Position numbers and translations under genes: made by a program. From Longimicrobiaceae bacterium (GTDB taxonomy: Bacteria; Gemmatimonadota; Gemmatimonadetes; Longimicrobiales; Longimicrobiaceae), in assembly GCA_036260145.1 (NCBI GenBank), contig DATAAL010000832.1, positions 1 through 31,826 of the forward strand: 31,826 nucleotides of DNA. Reading direction: 5' to 3'. Of this stretch, positions 1 to 7,474 are shown piece by piece. The notes beneath the pieces are model-generated. The model saw only the letters and a program-made list of their open reading frames with translations, was not told the DNA's origin and did no database searches. Position 1 is the first letter of the stretch. Each line of letters opens with the position of its first letter.

Positions 1-1
1 G

Positions 2-556
2 ATTCGCGGGGCCCCCCGCCGGCTGGCCGCCGGCCTGCTCGTCTTCGCCGCCGGGTGCGGAGACGACGACGGGACGGGACCGACGCCCCTTTCGCCGGAA
101 GAGGTGGCCGGGGTGTACCGGATTTGCTCGCTCGCCTTTGCGCCGTCGAGCCGGTTCCTCCCGGCGGTCGACATCCGCGCCCGCGCCTTCGACACCGCCA
201 GCGTGGGGGTGACGCCGCCGCGGCTCAAGCTGGACGCCACCTGGACGTTCGAGCTGGAGTACACGCCGCGGGGGCAGTTCACGGACGTGGAGCACCGGGG
301 GACGTTCGCCACGGGAGCGAGCCGCGTGCGCCTTGCCTTCGCGCGCCCCGCCGAGGTCGCTCCGCTCCTGCTCCCGGAGCGGGTGGACGCGGAGTTCGAT
401 GCCGCCTCCCGGCTGCTGCGGATCGCCGACTCGGGGCTCCCGTTCACCGTGTCCAAGGGGGACTACGAGTGGCTCCTGGGAGAGAGTGACCCCGGGATCC
501 CCCCCCGCGTGGAGGGGAGGCTCACCGGACGATTCACCGCCGGCGCCTGCCCCTGA
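2..556 (+). CDS. Hypothetical lipoprotein, 5'-truncated by the window edge
   Basis: Frame 2 is open from position 2 (IRGAPRRLAAGLLVFAAG-CGDDDGTGPTP...). It has a hydrophobic stretch plus a lipobox-like FAAG|C. The ORF-track start at 104 is internal. Confidence 0.7.
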   Translation: MRGAPRRLAAGLLVFAAGCGDDDGTGPTPLSPEEVAGVYRICSLAFAPSSRFLPAVDIRARAFDTASVGVTPPRLKLDATWTFELEYTPRGQFTDVEHRGTFATGASRVRLAFARPAEVAPLLLPERVDAEFDAASRLLRIADSGLPFTVSKGDYEWLLGESDPGIPPRVEGRLTGRFTAGACP

Positions 557-638
557 CGCACCGCCGGGACCGTTCCGACCACCGGGTCCGCGCCGTGCAG
601 GGCGGACCCGGATGCGTTTCCGGGAGCCGGAAACCACC

Positions 639-2681
639 ATGGACATCATGCGCAGAGCACCGTTCTTCTTCTTTGTCACCCTCCTCGCCGCCCCCGCGGC
701 TGCGCAGGAGCCACCCCGGTCCACCGCGGGGTGGGACGAGCCGCGGGCGCTGGAGCTGATCCGCCGCGCCCAGGAGCGCCGCTCGGCGACCCTGATCGAT
801 ACGGCACTCACCAGCTACCAGGCGGATGCACGCGGGTACGTGTACTTCTACCTGGACCGCCGGGACACCGGGGAGCGCACCCTGGTCAAGACCGACCAGG
901 TGGCGCTGGACGTGTTCTGGAAGGCGCCCGCCTTCGCCAAGCAGCGCATCATCGGGCTGCGGGACGAGAAGAAGCTCCCCACCAACATCCACTACCACCT
1001 GGACCACCTGGCGGTGGTGCAGGACAACTTCGGCGACCGGATCCGCCTGGGGGATGGGGACGAGGTCCGTGACGTCCTGCACCCGGCGGCGCCGGGTGCG
1101 GAGCGGTTCTACCAGTACCGGGTGTCGGACTCCCTCTCCATCCGCCTTCCCGGGGCGGCGGAGCCGGTGCAGGTGTACGAGGTGGAGGTGCGCCCCCGCG
1201 ACCTGGGGCAGCCGGCCTTCGTGGGGGCGGTGTTCGTGGACCAGCGCCGGGGCGACCTGGTGCGGATGGACTTCACCTTCACCCCTGCCTCGTACGTCGA
1301 CCGGTACCTGGACTACATCAACATCTCCCTGGACAACGGGCTGTGGAGGGAGCGCTTCTGGCTCCCCAACCAGCAGCAGGTGGAGATCCGGCGGCAGCTC
1401 CCGGAGCTGGACTTCCCGGCGGGCGGGGTGATCCGCGGCACCATGCGGATCTCCAACTACCGCTTCAACCAGGACTTCCCGCTGGCGCTCTTCCAGGGAC
1501 CCAAGGTGGTGACGGTCCCCCGGACGCAGCGGGAGAGCTTCGCCTTCGAGCAGGGGCTGTACGAGGAGCTGCGGGAGGAGGGGATCGGCCCAGACACGGA
1601 GCTGGCGGAGATCCGCAGGCAGGCGGCGGAGCTGGCGCGCGCCCGGATGCTCAGCGGGCTCCCGGTGTCGCGTCTGGACGTGGGCACCGCGTCGGAGATG
1701 CTGCGCTACAACCGCGCGGAGGGCGCGGTGCTGGGGCTCGGCCTGGCCTTCCGCCCGCGGGAGACGCTGACCGCGCGGGTACGCGGCGGGTACGCCCTGG
1801 GGGTCGGGCACCCGCTGGCCGAGGTGGAGGTGGCGCTCACCCCGCCGTCGCTGGGGCTTGTGGCGTCGGCCTACCTCCACCGCCCGCGCGAGCTGGGGCC
1901 GTTCCCGGTGGCTTCCGGCGTCCTCAACACCCTCTCCTCGCTGCTGGCGGGCGAGGACTACTCGGACCCATACTATACGACCGGGGTGGCGCTCTCCGCG
2001 GCGCGCCCCGTTCGCCCGGGGTGGACGCTCACGGGCGGGGTGCGGGTGGAGGAGCACGAGTCGGCCTCGCTCGCCTCGGAGTTCTCGTTCTTCGGCGACC
2101 TCCGGCCCGTCCGCCCCGTGGACGAAGGGGCGATGGTCGCCGCCTCACTGGGCCTGGAGCGCACCGCTCCGTCGGACGCGGCGCGGAGCTGGAGGCTGGG
2201 CCTCCACTCCGAGATCGTGACCCTGGACCCAGGCGGGTGGGACCTCGCCGGAGCGATGGCGGGGACCGGCCGCACCTGGGCGCAGTCGTGGGTGGAGGTG
2301 GGGTGGACGCGCCGCTGGGCGCCGCGCGACGCGCTGCTCGAGGTGGAGGGCTCCGCCGGGATCGCCTCGGGCGACGTCCCCGCGCAGGGCCGCTTCTACC
2401 TGGGCGGGCGGGGGACGATCCCCGGGTTCGAGCTGCGCTCCTTCAGCCCCCGTGAGTTCGTGCTGGCGCGCGCCACCGCGTCCGCGGACCTGCGCGCCCC
2501 CTGGCTCCGTGGACGCCTCTTCGCCGCGGCGGGACAGGCGTCCGGCACCCACGTGGGGATCGGCGCGGGGCTGGGGATCTTCTACGACCTCCTGCGGATC
2601 GACCTGGCCCGGGGGCTCGGGAAGGAGGGGCGGTGGGAGGTGATCGTGGAGACGCGTCCCACGTTCTGGGACTTCCTGTAG
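639..2681 (+). CDS. Secreted outer-membrane protein with a C-terminal Omp85/BamA-TamA-like barrel and an N-terminal DUF5686-like region
   Basis: Signal peptide (MRRAPFFFFVTLLAAPAAA|QE). The C-terminal half has alternating beta-strands and an Omp85 loop-6-like segment FYLGGRGTIPGF. The start is probably 639 or 648 rather than 333. Confidence 0.6.
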   Translation: MDIMRRAPFFFFVTLLAAPAAAQEPPRSTAGWDEPRALELIRRAQERRSATLIDTALTSYQADARGYVYFYLDRRDTGERTLVKTDQVALDVFWKAPAFAKQRIIGLRDEKKLPTNIHYHLDHLAVVQDNFGDRIRLGDGDEVRDVLHPAAPGAERFYQYRVSDSLSIRLPGAAEPVQVYEVEVRPRDLGQPAFVGAVFVDQRRGDLVRMDFTFTPASYVDRYLDYINISLDNGLWRERFWLPNQQQVEIRRQLPELDFPAGGVIRGTMRISNYRFNQDFPLALFQGPKVVTVPRTQRESFAFEQGLYEELREEGIGPDTELAEIRRQAAELARARMLSGLPVSRLDVGTASEMLRYNRAEGAVLGLGLAFRPRETLTARVRGGYALGVGHPLAEVEVALTPPSLGLVASAYLHRPRELGPFPVASGVLNTLSSLLAGEDYSDPYYTTGVALSAARPVRPGWTLTGGVRVEEHESASLASEFSFFGDLRPVRPVDEGAMVAASLGLERTAPSDAARSWRLGLHSEIVTLDPGGWDLAGAMAGTGRTWAQSWVEVGWTRRWAPRDALLEVEGSAGIASGDVPAQGRFYLGGRGTIPGFELRSFSPREFVLARATASADLRAPWLRGRLFAAAGQASGTHVGIGAGLGIFYDLLRIDLARGLGKEGRWEVIVETRPTFWDFL

Positions 2682-2705
2682 ACGGCGCGCTCCGCCGATC
2701 CTCAC

Positions 2706-2740
2706 GGCCCTCCTCCGGAACCGGGGGAGGGCTGTTATTT
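2706..2740 (+). terminator. Intrinsic terminator-like hairpin
   Basis: gccctcctccgg-aa-ccgggggagggc followed by tgttatttt, downstream of the stop at 2681. Confidence 0.55.
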
Positions 2741-2743
2741 TCC

Positions 2744-4189
2744 ATGGGCCCCTTGCCGCGGCTCCCGCAGTCACCATCCGTGAAGATCGACGCCTTCCAC
2801 CTCCCCGCCCTCGCCCACCCCCCGACGACCACCTGGTCGTACGGCCGGGGGAAGGACGAGGTACAGCTCCGCGTCCCGCGGCTGGACGCCGCGCTCCTCC
2901 GCCGCCAGGGAGAGGCGCTGGGGAAGGCGCGCGACCGGCACCTGCGGAACCGTCCGGTGCACGAGGTGGTGCGGGTGGTGGACCGCGTGGCCGCGCGGCT
3001 CTCCGACCCGGAGGACCCGCTGCGGCGGGCGGCGGAGGCAGCGCTCCCTCTGGTGACCGGGTACTCCCTCCCCATGATCCGCCGGGTGCTGGACGCCATG
3101 GCCGCCGACTGGCGCGCGGACCGGCTGCGCACCCTCCTCCGCGCCGAGCTGGGGGACCCGCGCGTGCTGGACGGATTCCGCCCGCGTCTGGGGGTACCCG
3201 GGCGGGAGCGTGCCTTCGGCCCACGGGTGGCGGCGCACATCTTCAGCGGCAACGTCCCGGGGGTGGCGGTCACCTCGCTGGTCCGCTCCCTCCTGGTCAA
3301 GGCGGGGACACTGGGGAAGACGGCCGTGGGGGAGCCCGTGCTCCCCGCCCTCTTCGCCCGGGGGGTGGCGGAGGAGGACGCGGAGCTGGGAAGGTGCATC
3401 GCGGTGACCTACTGGCCCGGGGGGGACGCGGCGCTGGAAGGGGTGGCGCTGGGGCTGGCCGATGCGGTGGTGGTGTACGGAGGGGCGGAGGCGGTAGCCG
3501 CCGTGCGGGCCGCAACGCCGCCGGTGACGCGCGTACTGGCGTATGGACCGAAGGTGTCGTTCGGGGTGGTGGGGCGGGAGGCGCTGGCGCGAGCGGAGGA
3601 GTCGGCGGGGGTGGCGGCGCGGGCCGCGCTGGACGCCTCCACTTTCGACCAGCAGGGGTGCGTCTCCCCCCACCTCTTCTACGTGGAGGAGGGGGGCGCC
3701 GTGGAGCCGCGGGAGTGGGCCCGCCAGCTCGCGTCGGCCATGGAGGAGCTGGAGCGGGACCTTCCGCGCGGCACGCTCTCCCCCAGCGAGTCCTCGGCGA
3801 TCCGCCAGCTCCGCGGGGAGGCGGAGTTCGCGCAGCTCGCCGGGGGCGGGACCGAGCTGCACGCCTCCGCGCATGGGACCGCCTGGACCGTGGTCTTCGA
3901 CCCGGACGCCTCGTTCACCCCCTCCTGCCTCAACCGGGTGGTCCGCGTCAAGCCGGTCGCCGACCTGGAGCAGGTTCCGGAGCGGGTGACGCCGGTCGCG
4001 CCCCTCCTCCAGACCGTGGGCGTGGCCGCCTCCCCCGAGCGGACCATCCTGCTGGCGGAGGCGCTGGGCCGCGCCGGTGCCAGCCGCATCGCCCCGCTGG
4101 GGCGGATGGCCTGGCCCCCCGGGACCTGGCACCACGACGGTCGCCCGCCGCTGGGGGATCTTCTGCGCTGGTGCGACCTGGAGGAGTAG
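2744..4189 (+). CDS. luxC: Acyl-CoA reductase, LuxC family (ALDH-like fold)
   Basis: HIFSGNVPG, VVVYGGAEAV, YGPKVSFG and the catalytic-Cys segment FDQQGCVSPH; C-terminal RIAPLGRM...WHHDG. Start is 2744 (ATG) or 2780 (GTG). Confidence 0.85.
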   Translation: MGPLPRLPQSPSVKIDAFHLPALAHPPTTTWSYGRGKDEVQLRVPRLDAALLRRQGEALGKARDRHLRNRPVHEVVRVVDRVAARLSDPEDPLRRAAEAALPLVTGYSLPMIRRVLDAMAADWRADRLRTLLRAELGDPRVLDGFRPRLGVPGRERAFGPRVAAHIFSGNVPGVAVTSLVRSLLVKAGTLGKTAVGEPVLPALFARGVAEEDAELGRCIAVTYWPGGDAALEGVALGLADAVVVYGGAEAVAAVRAATPPVTRVLAYGPKVSFGVVGREALARAEESAGVAARAALDASTFDQQGCVSPHLFYVEEGGAVEPREWARQLASAMEELERDLPRGTLSPSESSAIRQLRGEAEFAQLAGGGTELHASAHGTAWTVVFDPDASFTPSCLNRVVRVKPVADLEQVPERVTPVAPLLQTVGVAASPERTILLAEALGRAGASRIAPLGRMAWPPGTWHHDGRPPLGDLLRWCDLEE

Positions 4190-4207
4190 CGCGATCCGCG
4201 CTCTTTG

Positions 4208-4223
4208 TGGCACTGCTCTTGCC
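4208..4223 (+). promoter_or_regulatory. Sigma54 (-24/-12) promoter
   Basis: TGGCACT-GCTC-TTGCC matches TGGCACG-N4-TTGC with exact spacing, about 60 nt upstream of the ATG at 4282. Confidence 0.7.
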
Positions 4224-4281
4224 GCCACCTGTTTCCCGCAAGCCCATCTCCCCCGCCGGATCCCTCCCTCCCGGAGGCACC

Positions 4282-4671
4282 ATGGCCGCCCACCGGAAGC
4301 CCAACCCCGGCTCCCTCCGCTCTCTCGCCGAAGCCTCGCCCGGCGAACAGCTGGAGGTGGCGTATATCCTGTTCGGGAGTCTTCGCCGGAGGTATGAGGC
4401 GCTGGGGGTGCGGCTGGGGACGAGGATCCGGTGCCGGGAGTGGACCGCGAAGACCGTCGTGGTGGAGCTCCCGGACGGCAGGCTGGCGGAGGTGGATGGG
4501 GTGCACGCCCCCTTTGTGGAGGTGCGGCCGGTGGTGGCTTTCCTCGCACCGGAGAGCGACGGGTCCGGCAACGGCGGCGACCCCGCGCCCGCTCCGGATC
4601 CCGTTCCCTTCGTTCCGTTCCCGGACCGGACTCCGCACGGAGAGCCGGAGCGTCAACCCCGAATCGCATGA
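4282..4671 (+). CDS. FeoA-like (SH3-like) domain protein with a Pro/Asp-rich tail
   Basis: GGAGG RBS at 4273. SLAEASPGEQLEV...LRRRYEALGVRLGTRI...FVEVRP resembles the FeoA pattern L.EL.PG...V...LRRRL..LG..PG..V. Confidence 0.6.
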   Translation: MAAHRKPNPGSLRSLAEASPGEQLEVAYILFGSLRRRYEALGVRLGTRIRCREWTAKTVVVELPDGRLAEVDGVHAPFVEVRPVVAFLAPESDGSGNGGDPAPAPDPVPFVPFPDRTPHGEPERQPRIA

Positions 4672-5027
4672 CCGGAATGCGCCCGATCCGCTCCCTCCCC
4701 TCCGACCGGCGCCGCGCGCGCCCCATGTGGCGGGCCTTCGAGTCCCGCGACCGCCGCGAGATCGACCACCAGCTCCGCGAGGAACGCGACCCCTGCTGCC
4801 CGTGCTGCGGGGAGCTGCTGGAAGCGCACCCCGGGACCCGCCTGGCGCGCTACCTCCCCCTGGACGCCACGGGATACGACCTGGAGTGCCGGGGCTGCCG
4901 TCGCTTCCGCTGCGTGGTGCGCCATACCGCCCGTTCGCTGCGGCTGCTCCGGATGCGCCGCCTGGTGGCCGCCGTACGTGCCGCGGGGGGGCGCGGATCC
5001 CTCCACGGGGAGCCCATGCTGGCGTAA
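4668..5027 (+). CDS. Hypothetical Cys-rich, probably Zn-binding protein
   Basis: ATGA overlap with the upstream stop. Contains CCPCC and CRGC motifs and a basic C-terminal helix. Alternative start at 4725. Confidence 0.65.
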   Translation: MTGMRPIRSLPSDRRRARPMWRAFESRDRREIDHQLREERDPCCPCCGELLEAHPGTRLARYLPLDATGYDLECRGCRRFRCVVRHTARSLRLLRMRRLVAAVRAAGGRGSLHGEPMLA

Positions 5028-5086
5028 TCCGGCCCCGGCGTCACCCGCGGGTCGGGTATCGAAAGCAGGGCGACGGCCACACCTCG

Positions 5087-5102
5087 TGGCACGCCCGTTG
5101 CT
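5087..5102 (+). promoter_or_regulatory. Sigma54 (-24/-12) promoter
   Basis: TGGCACG-CCCG-TTGCT is a perfect consensus match in the intergenic region before the ATG at 5181. Confidence 0.85.
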
Positions 5103-5180
5103 CCTCCCACCCGGGCACCCGGGACGGACGGGCGGCGGGCGCCGCATTGTCGCGCCCCGGCCCTGGATCCCCGCCGCACC

Positions 5181-5624
5181 ATGAGCATGCACCTGTTCAG
5201 TACCCCGGTCCAGTGCACCCAGTGCGGGACCGTCGTGGACGATCCCCGCGTGGACCGCTGCCCCACCTGCAGCTCGCTCCTCCGGGAGCGCCGCACTCCC
5301 AGCCGCCTGGCGGGGGTGGAGAAGCGGTACGGCGGGCTCCGCGTCCTCCTCGGCTTCCTCCGCTTCCTCGCCATCGCCACGCTGCTGGTGGGGGTGCTGG
5401 TCTTCGCCTACGGGCTGGGCGACGACCGGGCCACCCTCCAGTCTACGGTGCTGACGCTCCTCTCCACGGTGGTCACGGCGGTGGTGATCCTGGCGTTCGC
5501 CGCCTTCTTCGAGGTGGCGCTGGACATGGAGGAGAACACGCGGGCTTCCTTCCGCGTCCAGCAGATGATGCTGGAGCAGATGCAGGAGCACGGCACCTCC
5601 TCGTCGCCGGTCCAGTCCGGATGA
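5181..5624 (+). CDS. Zinc-ribbon, two-TM membrane protein (hypothetical)
   Basis: CTQC...CPTC followed by two hydrophobic helices and a helical tail (EVALDMEENTRA). The stop overlaps the dacB start. Confidence 0.75.
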   Translation: MSMHLFSTPVQCTQCGTVVDDPRVDRCPTCSSLLRERRTPSRLAGVEKRYGGLRVLLGFLRFLAIATLLVGVLVFAYGLGDDRATLQSTVLTLLSTVVTAVVILAFAAFFEVALDMEENTRASFRVQQMMLEQMQEHGTSSSPVQSG

Positions 5625-7111
5625 AGCCGATCCCAGGGGTGGAAGGCACGTTCACGATGAGACGCAGAACCGGTCGGAGGCGGGCCCTCGGGCTCGCCTT
5701 TTTCGCCGCTACCGCCGCGCTGCTCGTCCCGGAGCCCGCTCCCTCGCGGCAGGTGCAGGCCCCGCTGCAGGCGGCCGCGGCGGGGATCGTCGGGGGCTCG
5801 GCGGACGAGTGGAGCATCCTGGCGTGGTCGCTGGACCGGCGCCGGCCGCTCTTCGCCATCAACGCCGACAGCATCCTCATCCCGGCCTCCAACAACAAGG
5901 TCTTCACCGCCATCTGGGCGCTGGACGTCCTGGGGCCGGACCACCGCTTCCCTACCGACCTCCTCCTCCCGGGGCCGGTCCCGCAGAACGGGGTGGTGCA
6001 GGGCGACATCTACCTGCGGGGCTCCGGCGACCCGGCCTTCGGGTACCCCGAGTTCGACCGCGACCCCATGGAGCCGCTGCGGGTCATGGCGCGACAGCTC
6101 AAGGCGCGCGGAGTGCGGGTGGTGACGGGCGGGGTGGTGGGGGACGCCAGCATCTTCGACACCCTGTTCTACGGCCCCGCGTGGCCGGCCGACACCGGGA
6201 ACGGCGCGGCCTTCTACGCTCCCACCGCCAACGGCCTCCCCTTCCAGCGCAACATGCTCTGGGTCAACGTGCAGACCGGGGGGGGAAGGGTGGCCATCGT
6301 GCGGGAGCCGGACGTGCCGGAGATCCCGGTGATCTCCACCGTGCGGTTGGGTGGGAGCCGGGGGTGGGCGGTCCGCAAGCCGGACGAGGACACCATCCGC
6401 GTCAAGGGAGGGGTGTCCGGGCGGGGGCCGCACCGCTACCCCGTGGGGGTGGCCGACGCATCGCTTCTGGCCCCCGCCGCGCTTCGGCAGGCGCTGCGCG
6501 AGGAGGGGATCCAGGTGCGCGGGGCGGTGCGCCGCGGCAGGACCCCCCGGAGCGCCAAGCTGATCCACCGGCGCCTCTCCATCCGCCTGGCGGACATGAT
6601 CCCCAAGCTGAACCGGGACTCGGACAACTTCTTCGCCGAGCACCTGTGGAAGGCTGCGGGGGCGCACACGGTGGGAATCGGGAGCTATGTCCTGGGCGGG
6701 CCCGCCTCGGCCAAGTTCTTCATCGAGCGGGCGGGGGTGCCACACGGGGAGATCTGGCAGGCCGACGGGTCGGGTCTGTCGGCGCAGAACCGTAGCAGCG
6801 CGCGGGCGCTGGTGAACGCCCTGGCCTACGCGGACCGGCGCCCGTGGCGGGAGGAGTTCCACCGGTCGATGGCGGTGGCGGGGGACCGGGAGGGGACGCT
6901 GCGGAGCCTGTTCCGGGGCGGGGCGGCGGAGGGGAACCTGCACGCCAAGACAGGCTACATCCGGGGGGTGCGGACGCTCTCCGGGTATGTGAAGACGCGG
7001 AGCGGGGAGAACGTGGCCTTCTCGTTCCTGTACAACGGGCGGAATACTTCGGGGGCGCGGGGGGTGCAGCAGCAGCTGGGGGAGCTGATCGCGAGCTACG
7101 CGGGTCCGTGA
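5621..7111 (+). CDS. dacB: D-alanyl-D-alanine carboxypeptidase/endopeptidase (PBP4, peptidase S13)
   Basis: SxxK (PASNNK), SxN (DSDNFFAE), KTG (AKTGYI), plus GDIYLRGSGDP and DGSGLS. ATGA overlap at 5621; alternative start at 5657. Confidence 0.93.
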   Translation: MKPIPGVEGTFTMRRRTGRRRALGLAFFAATAALLVPEPAPSRQVQAPLQAAAAGIVGGSADEWSILAWSLDRRRPLFAINADSILIPASNNKVFTAIWALDVLGPDHRFPTDLLLPGPVPQNGVVQGDIYLRGSGDPAFGYPEFDRDPMEPLRVMARQLKARGVRVVTGGVVGDASIFDTLFYGPAWPADTGNGAAFYAPTANGLPFQRNMLWVNVQTGGGRVAIVREPDVPEIPVISTVRLGGSRGWAVRKPDEDTIRVKGGVSGRGPHRYPVGVADASLLAPAALRQALREEGIQVRGAVRRGRTPRSAKLIHRRLSIRLADMIPKLNRDSDNFFAEHLWKAAGAHTVGIGSYVLGGPASAKFFIERAGVPHGEIWQADGSGLSAQNRSSARALVNALAYADRRPWREEFHRSMAVAGDREGTLRSLFRGGAAEGNLHAKTGYIRGVRTLSGYVKTRSGENVAFSFLYNGRNTSGARGVQQQLGELIASYAGP

Positions 7112-7154
7112 GGGGGTTCAGGTCGGTTTCGAGGTGATGTGACGGACCGCTCCA

Positions 7155-7270
7155 GAGCCCCGGAAACAGCCCCGGGTCTCTTCCGCGGGCTGCGCGAGCC
7201 CCGCGATACCACTGCGGGTCTCCCGCAGCCGGAGGGAGCTTCACCGATACCGCCGGTGAGTCTCCCTCCG
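7155..7270. repeat. Three tandem imperfect palindromes (REP-like) with a shared GAG-C...T-CTC core
   Basis: A 7155-7180 gagccccgg-aaacagcc-ccgggtctc; B 7188-7230 ggctgcg-c-gagccccgc-gataccact-gcgggtctc-c-cgcagcc; C 7230-7270 cggagggagcttcacc-gataccgcc-ggtgagtctccctccg. Confidence 0.75.
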
Positions 7271-7336
7271 CACATCTTTTTATGGGTACTGCGAAACGGA
7301 GAACCGCGGAACCACAGGACTGCCAGCGTGGACCTT

Positions 7337-7384
7337 ACCCTCCCCTGCCTGCGGGGGAGGGTGGCGCGCAGCGCCGGGTGGGGG
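7337..7384. repeat. Two-hairpin intergenic repeat of the CCCTCCCC...GGGGAGGG-TGGCGCGCAGCGCC-GGGTG type
   Basis: accctcccc/ggggagggt stem (7337-7345/7354-7362), then ggcgc-gca-gcgcc and gggtgggg. From recollection it resembles a widespread bacterial intergenic palindromic repeat; not verified by search. Confidence 0.55.
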
Positions 7385-7474
7385 CCGCCGTTGCCATTGT
7401 CCCACAGCCCCGCCCCGCCTATTCTCCCGCGCTCCCGTTCCTCTCTCGCGAAATGACCCGCATCCCTACGGCCG

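Noticed and set aside
584-599. Weak sigma54-like matches GGGTCCG-N4-GTGCA (584) and CGGAACG-N4-GTGCT (11329)
   Set aside because: Only the GG-N10-GC core matches, which is common by chance in DNA of this GC content.
7155-7270. Mini CRISPR array or tRNA
   Set aside because: The units abut with 0-7 nt between them (no spacers), vary in sequence, and have no cas genes nearby. There is no cloverleaf or T-loop motif.
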